DNA of 64,000 nucleotides from Octopus vulgaris (taxonomy: Eukaryota). Each line of letters opens with the position of its first letter. Position 1 is the stretch's first letter. Shown in pieces: positions 1 through 12,193 of this stretch. Location: contig OX597821.1 in NCBI GenBank assembly GCA_951406725.2, positions 83,142,001-83,206,000 on the forward strand, read 5' to 3'. The notes beneath the pieces were generated by a model, which saw nothing but the letters and a program-made list of their open reading frames with translations, had not been told where the DNA came from and searched no databases. The position numbers were made by a program, and so were the translations under genes.

Positions 1-53
1 ACACGTGCGCGCGCATACACACATATGTATGTATATTTATATATATATGTGTG

Positions 54-102
<49 letters not shown>

Positions 103-105
<3 letters not shown>

Positions 106-252
106 CGACGGGCTTTCAGTTTCCGTCCACCAAATCCACTCACAAGGCTTTAGTCGGCCCGAGGCTATAGGATACTTGCCCAAGGTGCCACGCAAAGGGA
201 CTGAACCCAAAACCATGTGGTTGAGAAGCAAACTTCTTCCTGTGCAGCCAAT
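103..252 (-). mobile_element. SINE family 1 (tRNA-like head + CORE-like body + internal (TA)n(TG)n + tail), 5' half
   Basis: Reverse complement matches the recurrent unit accacatggtt..gggttcagtccc..tgcgtggcaccttgggcaagt..tatagcctcgggccgac..aaagccttgtgagtggatttggt.gacggaaactgaaag..cccgtcgta, then runs into (CA)n. Confidence 0.85.
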
Positions 253-967
253 AAATAGATAAACAAGATAGAAAAACGAGTTTATTCGATGATGTGGCTT
301 TGAATTTTCTGCGCACAGAGCAAAGTAAATAAAACACAAAAACACAAAATAAATAATTTTTTTACACAAAGTAAATCATTTTTTAAAAACAAAGTAAATA
401 AAATACAAAGTAAATGGGTTTTTTTAACAGTTAATAAAACAAAAACACAAAGTAAGGATCGACTAGTCACGACTAGCTGCGCGAGTACGCGAGTGCGCGC
501 ACAGGGACGACTCTTCTTAAAATAGTACCAAACAAAGGTAGTAACACCACCACCACAAATACCGCAATCCCTACCGCCGCCGCCACCACTTTCCACCACC
601 ACAACTACCCAATCACTGCCGCCACCGTCACCTCCTTCACCACCACAATCACTGTCACGACGACGACGACTACCACGACCACCACGACCACCACCACCAA
701 GAACGCCGTTATTTCACATATCGCCCGCCTACGTATTATAAGTGAAAGAACAGAGGCGTGAGATAAGACAAAATTATCAAGAAGGAATTTTTCAAACAAA
801 AAAATTCGAAGAATGTTCAGGTAAAAGAGTAAATATAGAATTGATAACGTCGTGTGGGATAGCCAAGTGAATAGATAGGGTAGCAGCCTACGATATGTGG
901 GGTTAATAGTTCATAACTCATCACTGACACTTAGCTGTATTCCTGCTAAAAACGCACAATAAATCAG

Positions 968-1548
968 CACTTCGTCGGCTGGGACGACAAGGGTTACAGC
1001 TGATCCGATCAACAGAAAAACAACCTGTTTGTGAAATTAATGTGCAAGTGGCTGACCACTCCACTACAGACACGCATGCCCTTGACGTAGTTCTCAGGGA
1101 GATTCAGCATGACACATCGAATGTGACAAGACTGTCACCTTTGAGGCGGTGAGCTGGCAGAAACGGTAGCACGCCGGGCGAAATCCTTAACGGTATTTCG
1201 TCTGCCGCTACGTTCTGAGTTCAAATTCCGCCGAGGTCGACTTTGCCTTTTATCCTTTCGGGGTCGATAAATTAAGTACCAGTTATGCACTGGGTTCGAT
1301 GTAGTCAACTTAATCCCTTTGCCTGTCCTTGTTTGTCCCCTCTATGTTTAGCCCCTTGTGGGCAATAAAAAAATAAGATTGTTCCCTTTGAAATACAAGT
1401 ACTAGTCACTTCCTCCCCCCCCCCCCCCCGCTGAGTGGACTAGAGCAACGTGAGATAAATTATCTTGCTCGTGGACACAACGCGCCGTCAAGAATTGAAC
1501 TCACGACAGTGAACCGAATACCCTAACCACACAGCCACGATCCTTCAC
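968..1548 (-). mobile_element. SINE family 4 (head B + tail i), interrupted by a family-2 SINE
   Basis: Matches 4488-4755 (tccagtccactcagc..gtacttgtatttcaaaggg..gtgtca.gctgaatctccc); split at 1144-1377. Confidence 0.75.
1144..1377 (+). mobile_element. SINE family 2 (tRNA-like head + Meta-domain-like core), tail alpha
   Basis: aggcggtgagctggcagaa..gagttcaaattccgccgaggtcgactttgcctttt atcctttcggggtcgataaattaagtaccag..agccccttgtgggcaataaa; flanked by an imperfect ~17-bp TSD aagactgtcacctttga / aagattgttccctttga. Confidence 0.9.
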
Positions 1549-1702
1549 AAAAGTGTACTATAATTATCAAGTGTCTATTCCTTGTCCGCCTACTATTTCT
1601 GGAAGTATCGGTGAGGTAAAGTCATCAAGCACCTCTTCCTAGGTCCTAGCAGAAGCAACCGTCATTTGACTCTCCAGGTGTATTCCCAAATGAGACTACG
1701 GA

Positions 1703-2099
1703 TATTGGTTTCAAATTTTGGCACAGGGCTAGCAATTTCAGGGCAGGGTATAAGTCGATTACATCAACCTCGGTGTTCAACTGATACTTCTCTTATTTAC
1801 ATCGAAAGGATGAAAAGGAAAGTCAACCTCGGATGTATTTGAACTCAGAACGTAGAGACGGACGACATACTACTATGCATTTAACCCGGTGTGCTAACGA
1901 TTCTGCCAGCTCGCCGCATTTAACTATTGGTTTCAAATTGATAACCGAAAATTGGTTACCAATATTCAGGAGAAGGAATAAGTCGATTACATCGATTCCA
2001 GTGTTCAACTAGTACTTATTTTATCGACCCCGAAAGGCAAAGGAGAGATGCTGCTAAGCATTTTTTCTGGCGCGATAACGATTCTGCCAGCTCGCCGCC
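1703..2099 (-). mobile_element. Two adjacent SINE family 2 copies (tail gamma)
   Basis: Both end on the plus strand in acgattctgccagctcgccgc (1918 and 2098) and begin with attggtttcaaatt. Confidence 0.8.
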
Positions 2100-2119
2100 C
2101 TAACTGAGTCTATGAATAT

Positions 2120-2225
2120 TATCCAGCCATCACGTGCTTGGTCTACACCTAGGGCTTCCACTGGTTGGTTTGACTTGAAGAATCCGTCTTACGATTCTTT
2201 CCTACGACGTTCTAATCACATGTCC
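2120..2225 (-). pseudogene. RTE-clade LINE C-terminal fragment
   Basis: Minus-strand translation KPTSGSPRCRPST*WLD resembles the RTE C-terminal motif G.RPRGRP..RW.D. Confidence 0.4.
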
Positions 2226-2585
2226 CGGATGTCCACAACCGCAAATCCCTTGATCTTCTATTGGTTTCAGTCACTGGACTGCAGCCATGATGGGGCACTG
2301 ATCTTAGGAGCTTCAGTGATCATATCAATAAGTGATTATTTCTGTCTGCTACTTATTTCATCAATCTCTGTTTATCGAATCGCTGAGGCAAAGCGACACA
2401 CCGTTTTACACTAGTAAGGGTAAGCATGGGCAGAGCCTCAAGTTAATATCTTGTGAGTGGAATTTAATGGACGGAAACTGCATAGAAACTCCTTCGTCGT
2501 TATTACCGACGTTGTTGTCTCTCTCTGTATCTGTTAGTCTCCTCCTGCTCTTCCTCCTGCTCCTCTCTCTCTCTCTCTCTCCTTA

Positions 2586-2707
<122 letters not shown>

Positions 2708-2745
2708 AATGCGCCCTTTTATATATATATATATATAAAATAATA

Positions 2746-2994
2746 AATGCGCCCTTTTAAAGCCTAGCCAGGCTCATGGGTCCGGTTTCCCGGTTTCTAT
2801 GGCATATGTGTTCCCCAGCTGGACGGGACGCCAGTCCATCGCAGCGTTACTCATTTTTACCAGCTGAGTGGACTGGAGCAATGTGAAATGAAGTGTTTTT
2901 GGTCAAGAACACAACGCGTCGCCCGGTTCAGGAATCGAAACCACAATCTTATGATCATGATGCTGACATCCTAACCACTAAACCACGCGCCTCC
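2746..2994 (-). mobile_element. SINE family 4 (head B + tail iii)
   Basis: Minus strand: gaggcgcgtggtttagtggttagg..ggtttcgattcc (pol III A/B-box-like), tccagtccactcagctggtaaaaatgagta, ctgcgatggactggcgtcccgtccag..gaaaccgggaaaccgg. Confidence 0.85.
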
Positions 2995-3026
<32 letters not shown>

Positions 3027-3045
3027 AAACACACACACATATATG

Positions 3046-3084
<39 letters not shown>

Positions 3085-3818
3085 CTTTCTCTATGAATCT
3101 CTATTTCTCTCTCTCCCTATCTCCCTCTCTCTCTTTCTCCCTCTCTCTCTTTCTCTTTCTTTCTTTCGATGGTATCACATCAGTAATGCATATTTATAAT
3201 TTGTATAACTCTCCTTTTTACTCATGTTGCATTGAAAACACGACTGTGTTGAAGTTTCTTTAGAACGTTAAAATTCTAGATGCGTTTTAGGACAGCATTG
3301 TCAAACATACAGTCCGTTGCAATTAATCCACTCCTTAAACTCAATCTTATAAGCAAAATAATTTTATTATCATTATTATTTAATTTTTAAAAAGTTGTTT
3401 CATGAAATAAAAACCGCCAACATACATTCAACGTCATAGCTTGATTAGAATCGTGATTAGAACCGGTTCTTCTCAGTCGAATCAGTGCAAATTTTTATAA
3501 TTTTTTATCATTTCGGCCAATGAAAGAAAAGCCTTATGAATCCAAATACATGATATGTGTATGTGCCAAGCCCAGCGAGTTTTCTTCCTTTCTTTCTTTC
3601 TTTCTTTTTCTCAAATTACGGAAGTGCACGTCCGAATATATTGTGTTATGAACATTGCTGAAGCTTTTGCAAGCATTTTATCAAGCATTGCTCCTCTCAA
3701 AAATCTTTTGTGTTCATTTGGGCAATTTCTGTGTCCACGTGGATAAGTTATCCGCACACATCCAGGCGCACAGACTTTACAGTTCCCTTTATTGTTAATA
3801 AAGTAGTTTATATGTATG

Positions 3819-3872
<54 letters not shown>

Positions 3873-4487
3873 AAGTGAGATAGGAGTTGTGAGTGTAACC
3901 CACTATGGGATATCATTTATCCAATATACTGCCAGTAAATTACCCAGAAAGGCTAATACATAAATGCTTAGAATTGCAATGCAATTAATTCATTTATTGT
4001 ATTATATGGGCGAAGGTAAAATGGTTTACCTCAAATTCATAATACAAAATAAGAAAATGGAGGAATAGATTTCTATCAATCATCAACTATTAGATAATAC
4101 CAATTCATATAATTTATTAACTAATTATTTAGGAACATCCAGATCAAACAGAATAATACAGAATAAAACAGTACATATCAATGAGTAAGATAATACCATA
4201 AGAACAATACATATAAATATAAAAAAATATCAAAATAAATATAAAAATATAAAAATATAAAAATAAAAATATAAAAATATGTTAGATATATATAAGGATC
4301 TCTTCCAGGGGCCCTATTATCGATTTTTTTTCAAAAATCTGAGTATGCCATGAGTTTTCCATACATGAGTTCTACTCGTGTGTTAAGTTTCATCAAAATC
4401 GATAAAACCATGTAGGAGGAGTTAGCTAACAACTCCACAAACACACCCACAGACAGAATTTCCCACATGTTTAGTATATTATATCGA

Positions 4488-4751
4488 GAAGGCGCGTGGC
4501 TTAGTGGTTCGGGCATTTGGCTCACGATCGTAAGGTCGTGAGTTCAATTCCCGGCGACGCGTTTTGTCCTTGAACAAGACACTTAGGGTTAGGGTTCTTC
4601 CAGTCCACTCAGCTGGTAAAAATGAGTAGTACCTATATTTCAAAGGGCCAGCCTTGCCATACTCTGTGTCACGCTGAATCTCCCTAAGGGTACACGTATC
4701 TGTGACGTGCTCAGCCACTTTCACATTCATTTCACGAGCAAGCTGTTCCTT

Positions 4752-4755
<4 letters not shown>
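4488..4755 (+). mobile_element. SINE family 4 (head B + tail i)
   Basis: gaaggcgcgtggcttagtggtt..gagttcaattccc head; tail tatttcaaagggccagccttg..ttcacgagcaagctgttcc. Confidence 0.85.
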
Positions 4756-4816
<61 letters not shown>

Positions 4817-4929
4817 CATAATTTCTTGTTCACTTGTTTTCGTATAATTTCTCATAATGATTTGTATGCGACTATCGCACTTTTCTAAAGCATATGTGTA
4901 TTGAGTTCTCATACCAGGTTATTAATATC

Positions 4930-5140
4930 TTTTCTGCTATAGGCACAAGGTCTGAAATTTCGGAGGAGGGGACTAATTGATTACATCGACAGGTATTTCA
5001 CAGGAACTTATTTTATCGACTCCTATGGCATGAAAGCAAAGTCGACCTCGGCAGAATTTGAACTAAGATCGTAAAGATGGTTGAAATGCCGTCAAGCATT
5101 TCGCCCGGCGTGCTAACGATTCTGCCAGCTCGCCGCCTTC
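4930..5140 (-). mobile_element. SINE family 2, tail beta
   Basis: Plus strand ends ..gtgctaacgattctgccagctcgccgcctt; starts tttctgctataggcacaagg.ctgaaattt. Confidence 0.85.
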
Positions 5141-5689
5141 AACAGGTAATTAATAACACTATGGCTAAGCGAAATATTAACTCACACACATAAGATCCCA
5201 CCACCACCACCACCACCACCACCACACACAGGATAATCTAAAAGAGATCGGTCGAGTGACCATGGTAAGACGTAGTTTGTTTGTCTCTAACACAAACAGA
5301 CTTATACAGAGAACACAGAATCAATTGATCAATAACTTTACTAATTATTAAATGCAGTTCGTCTCATATCGAGATTAAGCCGAAATTTCCAGTAAAATGA
5401 CAGATACTATACAACTCTATTTTGAAGACAACAAAAGCAGTTTGTAATGCGATAATCAAAACTGTAAAAAAAAAAGTAGGATTGAACAGGTCGTTGAGTA
5501 CTGCAGTTGTTTCAAGAATCAGGTCACACATATATATATTACGTAACGTTACGAATGTCACTGCGACTGTCCGGTGTATTTTCTCTTCAGACACACACAC
5601 ACGCGCGCGCACACGCACACACATACACACACATACACACACACACACACACACGCACACACACACACACACACATATATATACATATG

Positions 5690-5910
5690 TACGAGCGGGT
5701 GCTGAAAAGTTTCTGGTTTTAAGGTTATCGTGACAGGCCGAGCAAGAAGCCCAAATTTCCGAGTTCTTTAACAGATCTTAGAAAAACTGAAGGACTGGTG
5801 CAATAAGTGTGTGAATCTGAGAGGATAATAGGTTGAATAAAATCATAGTTAACTGATCCTCTTGTATTTTCTTTTACTCAAAGCTAGGAACCTTTCAGCG
5901 GCCCCTCGTA
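5690..5910 (+). mobile_element. Mariner-derived MITE
   Basis: TIRs tacgagcgggtgctgaaaagtttctggtttt / aaagctaggaacctttcagcggcccctcgta; interior retains the mariner C-terminal remnant RKL..W.KCV..RG..VE*. Confidence 0.85.
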
Positions 5911-5920
5911 TGTACACACA

Positions 5921-5994
<74 letters not shown>

Positions 5995-6211
5995 TACACA
6001 CACACACACACACACACACACATAGTTCAAATTTACAGAAAACAAAAGACAAAGACAGGTGAAGGAACAACGAGCTCGGAAAGGATGGAAAATAGTCTTT
6101 GATGTATGTATGTATGTATGTATGTATGTGTGTATGCATATGTATGTGTGTATGTATGTATGTATCATATGATTCCGATATCAGTCCCACTGCATTGCAC
6201 CTTGTTGCAGA

Positions 6212-6415
6212 ATCGTTCCTGGCTTTAAGGGTGTCGTGAACGGCCAGGTTGGAGGCCCAAACTCCTGAGTTCTTTTACAGGTGTTAGAAAAACTGAAGGA
6301 CTGCTGTAATAAGTGCGTGAATCTGAGAAGGGGAACATGTTGGATAAAATCATAATTAACTGATCCTCCTGTTCCTTTTTACTCAAAGCCAGGAACTTTT
6401 TGGCACGTCCTTGTA
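6212..6415 (+). mobile_element. Second, diverged copy of the same mariner MITE
   Basis: Colinear with 5690-5910 (ttagaaaaactgaaggactg..aataagtg.gtgaatctgaga..ttactcaaagccaggaactttt). Confidence 0.8.
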
Positions 6416-7474
6416 GATATACACACGTGCTCCTTTATATTGGCTCCTTTATCCGTTTATTTTGGCTTACATTACGAATAATATTAGGGTTCTTCCTCTC
6501 ACCCGGCCAAGACTCTTGAGAACTAGTTTACGAATCAACCCGACCCGCAAGGGCAAACAGATTTGATGCTTCTGATCTCGGATGGTTGTGTGTTAAGCAT
6601 CAGCATCTCATACTTGTGAGCCGTACACTAATGTGGACCACACTCGCGATTCATTCCACAAAACCATGTGGGCGATTGGTTTGGTGATTAAACAGACAAC
6701 AATGAAAATATTCTAAAACTGAAATTAGGCAGCACTCATCAGGAATTTCATGAAATAATCATAAATACGATTATGTTAGTGTAGGGACTGAACCTGAAAT
6801 CTCGTTGTAGAAACTCGTTTTCTAGCCACGGTATCGACCACGCCATTGGATGTTGTTATGCATCGATAGTCACAATGCTCTTGGAATTGTTTTAGTATTC
6901 GAATGATGCCACGCCGGTCGCTTGGTGGGCAGACCCACCCGCCCGCCCGCGTGTGTATATATGTGTGTGTGTGTTGTTTATCACCTTCGCCACTTAACAA
7001 CCAGTGTTGGTTTGTTTACATCCTATTAGCTTAGTGGTTCGGCAATATAGAACGATAGTGTATGTGCCAGACTTGGAAATAAATACTGAGGTCAATTTGT
7101 TCGTCTTAAGCCACCAAGGTGCTGCCCCAGCATGGTCGCAATCCAGGAGCTGAAATAAATGAAATATAAAAGATATAGCAAGTTACGGGACATTGAGATT
7201 GCAACAAAACAGTTGCGGCTCGTGCAGAGGCACTGCGGAGCTGCGGCACCTCCTGTTTCCACTTGACATCCAATATAATGAGCCCTTTTTTCTTTAATTC
7301 TTTCTTTATACCTGTACATTATATAATCCTTAAGCTTAATGTCAGTATTCATCCCCTAGTTTATGAAAAAAAATACAAAAATCCTTGTATAGAACTGTGT
7401 GCTTCACAGGTCCAGCGACGCGGTGTTTGGCTGTTGCGCGCATGCTCACATGTCCGAGATAGGAAGCTTCACGC

Positions 7475-7520
<46 letters not shown>

Positions 7521-8689
7521 ACTGTCGTTCACGCAGTTCTGGTGAAAGAGTTTGTTTTTTTTGCCTCCGCGTGTGTTGTGCTTAAAAACGTGTTTATATT
7601 CTTGAATATGATAAAGTGTAGAATTAGATTATTATCCTGCTTCCAGCTTCAGTGTTGCTGCCAGGATTTGAAAAATAGGGCACATTTTCCCTCCTTATTT
7701 TGTGATTTAGGGGGTATTTTTGAAAAACAGTGGAGAATTCGCAGCGGTGTTCAGTGAACAAATTAAACACACTACTCGGCAGTGGCCAAAACTCGAACCG
7801 ATCAAGTTTATGTATAAATGTTCTTTTTATAAGTTTGTTTCCTTTTACACAATATTAAAACAACGGCTAAAAATTTTCTGAAGCAGCACCCCTACTAATT
7901 TTATCTACGAGCCGCCACTATAGCAGAATCATATCTATTCATTGAATGATAATATTTTTTTATCTTGGAAACATTGACAGTGAAACTGTCAGTTAAAAGC
8001 TGTTTATTTCAAGTGAATTTAAATGCATTTAATTCCTTTAATAGTGATTTCTTTAAACCGCAATCTTTAGTGGGAAAACATTTAACATCGAGTTCGGAAT
8101 CTTTATTTCCACTATGTCCGCTTTAACTACTCCCACCTCTCTGGACAATCTGTGTGACCTTGCATCCAGGACGTTCAAAAGAAATTTTGCAAAGCGGCAC
8201 AAAATTGTTTTGGGGGCAGAGGGTGACAGGAATATTTCGAACAAAGTTAAAAGACCTGTGAGGGCGTTATTTATATTATTTAGCCATCTATGTATTATAC
8301 TAAATGTATAGACTATCAACATAGTCCGGTTTCTGCTGTATTTGCCCTTCGCTCTCGCTGGACGCTGCAGGGACGAATTTTTGTCTCCCTCTCTCACTGA
8401 TATTTATTGTTTTTAACACAGCAAGTCCATAAGAAATGTTATCTCTTGATATATGCTGCAGTAAGTAGCCTATCGACGGTGTATATACATTAAGCATCAC
8501 ACACAAATTGCTGATTTGATTAAACGCTGCCTCAGTTGCGTACACCGGATTTATATTTATCTATTGGGAGGGGCACAAGATATTCACGAATCTGTCTTAG
8601 AGATTTTGGACCGATTTATCGTCTAAGCTTATGTTTCGTATATAGGCCTTATTTTTGCTAAAGTTTTGATTTTAGAAATTAATACATAC

Positions 8690-9030
8690 GCAGGCGTGGC
8701 TGTGTGGTTTCGGGTTCAGTACCACTGGTGGCACCATGGGCAAGTGTCTTCTATTATTGCCTCGGACCGAGCAAAGCCTTTTGAGTGGATTTGGTATACG
8801 GAAACTGAAAGTAGCCCATTGTGTGTGTGTGTGTGTGTGTGTGGCCATCGCTTGACAACCGGTGTTAATGTGTTTACCTCGTAACTTAGTGGTTCGGCAA
8901 AAGATTCCGATAGAATAAGTACCAACCTTAAAGAATATCAAGTATTGGGGTCGATTCATTCGACTAAAATTTTTCAACCAGTGCTCCAGCATGGCCGCAG
9001 TCTAGTAACTAAAACAAGTAAATGATAAAA
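8690..9030 (+). mobile_element. SINE family 1
   Basis: Head gcaggcgtggctgtgtggtt, internal (TG)n, tail gtgctccagcatggccgcagtc..aaacaagtaaa. Confidence 0.85.
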
Positions 9031-9194
9031 ACTAAACGACTAGATGTCCCCCTAGAATGTGTAACCTGGCCTCAATGTCAAAAACTTGTTTACTTAAGTT
9101 AACATACTTAATGCTAGAGATATAAAAATGTAACTAAAAACAATTATGTTAACGATTAATATTGTTCTAGTAGTTCGGCGATAATGTTAGACAA

Positions 9195-9400
9195 TGTGTG
9201 TGTTTATGAGCGACACACCTAAGCCCCACGCGGCTCCGGCAGAAGGTAATAGCGAACTGCTGCCGACTCTTTCGCCACAACTTTCTCTCACTCCTTCCTC
9301 CTGCATCTTGCAGCTCACCTGCGACGGCGTCCCGTCCAGGTGGGGAACCTATACGCCAAGGAAACCGGGAAACCGGCCCTTACTCGAGAAGAAACAAACA
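9195..9400 (+). mobile_element. SINE family 3 body + tail iii (5'-truncated)
   Basis: acacctaagccccacgcggctccggcag..ctctttcgccacaactttctctcactc followed by cctgcgacggcgtcccgtccagg..gaaaccgggaaaccggccc. Confidence 0.75.
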
Positions 9401-9539
9401 ACATTATAACATTTAAGGGACTGCAGGCTGCTATAGTATATTTTTAATTTATAGTATAGTCACGCGAAAAATAGTTTTTTAATATGACTATATCTTTTCC
9501 TTCAGCAAGACAAAAATACTTAACTGTATCTAACGGTGT

Positions 9540-10075
9540 TGTCCAGAAAGCATTGTCTCCTTTTCATCAGACATGTGAACAGAAATCATTATGAGAAAGG
9601 AAACGGTATAGGAATGGTAGATGAGGAGTTCAGCTGCTGCGGAAAGGTGTTTGCTAGTTACATCGGGCTGAGAATCCACCAAGGGAAGGTGTGCCAGAAG
9701 AAAACAATTCAACAACGCGGGGTTGATAAACCATAAGACGTGTGACCAGAACCCCCCGGAGAATAACCATAGCGAGGTTCATTCCACAGTTGAATTGGAA
9801 CAGTCAAAAAGACTGATAGGTGTGAAGAGGACAAAGGTTAAGTGGCCGAAAGCAAATGACGCAGCGAGTTATAAAAAATTTGAAAAGTTTGACTAGACAG
9901 TCAGTCACCGGCTGACACTCGCTGACGACACATCGAAGAGGCCAGGGAACAGAAGAAAGAAGACATGCACCCAACATCAGAGCTGAAGACACCTCACAAA
10001 GGGGGGGGGCGCCACATCAAAACAGTAGAGGAGTAGGGGCCGAAACCGGACGTGGTTCCTCCTGATGATGTCTTG
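9540..10075 (+). mobile_element. Internally deleted HERO-like (RLE-type) non-LTR retrotransposon
   Basis: N-terminal zinc finger CCGKVFASYIGLRIHQGKVC (ORF 9536-9736), RTKVKWPKANDAASYKKFE (~9828-9885), and an endonuclease remnant IEEAREQK.. (~9932-9965), then a 3' UTR. Confidence 0.7.
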
Positions 10076-10976
10076 AGCTAACTGGATCCTATAAAGGAGC
10101 TGTTGTGGTAGCAGACCACGAAGCACGGTTGTAATTCCAGGCAGATAGCGTGCCACTATTCTTCAAATTTGACTACGATTTATTGTTTGTGTGTTGTATC
10201 CTTATTTACATCCAGCAATGTCAGCAACAAATTAAGATGTCAATTGCAAAAAGACTTCAATTGGAGAACAATTACAAGGTCACTGACTTTTGATGATAAG
10301 CCGAAAATAATTTTATTGAACAGATATTTTAGCTTGAAGGGAGGAAAACAAGAAGTCATTACGTTTATCGAAAAATTTTCTGCAAATGTGGAAGAGACGA
10401 CACTCCTGAAATTAACTCTAAATATTGATATATAACTTGGAAAGTGATCTGAATTTGAACTCAGAATGTAGAAAGCCGGAAGAAATACTGTCATGCTCTA
10501 ATAATTCTGCCAACACCCTGTACTCGGAGTAATTGCAAGAATGCTTTTTAATTTCCGAGTAATCAAAACAATAAATGCTGCGGTAAAATTTTGTCGTATA
10601 ATATCCTCTCTCCGTAACTTCAGCTCCTTGACATAAAAAAAAAAGATCCTGATAAGGCAGCAGCAGCAGTAACAGCAGCAACAGCAGCAGTAGTAATGGT
10701 GGTGGTGGTGGTTCAGGCGGTTGTTTAAACCTGTTATTTCCTGGTCTCGTGTTCAATGTTAAAGTGCTCTTATTCAGCAGAATGCGTGGTTATATTCTGA
10801 GTTTTCAGTTATGCAACTATTTACATTAGAAAGTCATGGAAATCACAACTTTCATTTTAGTTTTTTCTGACGAGTTGTTGTTGTTGTTGTTGTTGTGCTT
10901 CTGGTTAGCATTGATCGAACTGAACAGTAAATACAATCTTGTGTCCCTTGGCTACTGATGATAATGTCAGACAAAT

Positions 10977-11021
10977 ACCGCGCTGATGACGCCTATTCAG
11001 GCAGAAACATACGTCCACGGC
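10977..11021 (+). ncRNA. Candidate minimal type I hammerhead ribozyme
   Basis: ccgcg-CUGAUGA-c-GCCU-auuc-AGGC-a-GAAAC-auac-GUC-cacgg: both core motifs, stem II, a short stem III and a stem I with one mismatch. Confidence 0.6.
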
Positions 11022-11531
11022 TGTCCACTTATCTCTTGACAAAGAGCCCGTCTTTTTCATTAATGATTTCTTGTGATTATCTCTTTTTCTTATATGGAGC
11101 TAGTCTTAAATGCTCTTTCGTAATTATGACACATCCTCAATAGAGGAAAATAATTTTAATATAATTTTATATTGTATAGCATCTGATAAAATTATATTTA
11201 TCTATGAATGCAGACTTACTTTATGACTACCTCAACTTTTATTTTTATCATGGTTATTATTTTTCTCCAGAAACAGTGTATCTACGGCCAGCTTATTAAA
11301 TGCGCTCATCATATCGATATCCATCGCTTCCGGATGGGACTGAAGGCGAGTCGTCTCGTCTGCCTACGACTTTCATGCGTTTTAACACCCGGTACTATGA
11401 AGGAGTAGTTTCCAAAGCGCTTATACTGCAGCGTGCCGGCGAACAAACGAAGCACATACAGTGTGTGCAGCCAATAATATGTATGTAGAGAGAAAGAGGG
11501 AGAGAGAGAGAGAGAAAGAGAGAGTCAGAGA

Positions 11532-11569
<38 letters not shown>

Positions 11570-11571
11570 CG

Positions 11572-12138
11572 CAGGCATGGAGGTGTAGTGACAAGCTTGC
11601 TTCCCAATCACGTGGTTCCGTGGCACATTCAGCAAGTGCCTTCTACTCTAGGTCGACCAAAACCTTGTGAGTGGATTTGGTAGGTGGAAACTGCGTCGAA
11701 GCCTATTTCTTTACTACCCACAAGGGGCTAAACACAGAGAGGACAAACAAGGACAGACAAACGGAAAGTCGGATATATCGACCCCAGTGCGCAACTAGTA
11801 CTTATTTAATCGACCCCGAAAGGATGAAAGGCAAAGTCGACCGCGGCGGAATTTGAACTCAGAACGTAGCGGCAGACGAAATACGGCTAAGCATTTCGCC
11901 CGGCGTGCTAACGATTCTGCCAGCACGCCGCGTCGAAGCCTGTCGTGCATATGTGTGTATCTGTGTGTACCTTTTTATTTTCACCCCTCCACCACTTGAC
12001 AACCGGTGTTTGTTTGTTACGTTGATTTAGCAGTTCGGCAGAAAGAATAAATACAATGCTTAAGAGTCAGTACAGCGGGTGAAACGGTGCCCCAGCTTGG
12101 TCGCATTCCAATGACTGTAACAGTTAAAGGATGAAAAA
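11572..12138 (+). mobile_element. SINE family 1, interrupted by a family-2 SINE
   Basis: Head at 11572-11704 continues at 11930 (gaagcctgtcgt..ttgacaaccggtgt..ggtgccccagc). Confidence 0.75.
11705..11929 (-). mobile_element. SINE family 2 (tail alpha) with a 12-bp TSD
   Basis: Flanked by gcgtcgaagcct at 11693-11704 and 11930-11941. Confidence 0.9.
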
Positions 12139-12150
12139 AATATATATGTG

Positions 12151-12191
<41 letters not shown>

Positions 12192-12193
12192 TA

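Noticed and set aside
3880-4485. Possible non-autonomous Helitron/Helentron-like element
   Set aside because: Terminal hairpin and end motifs could not be defined, and there is no second copy in the window.
8053-8545. Non-repetitive ORFs 8053-8397 and 8300-8545 as possible host exons
   Set aside because: No recognisable domain or convincing splice pattern; possibly the interior of a decayed DNA transposon. A BLASTx search would be needed.
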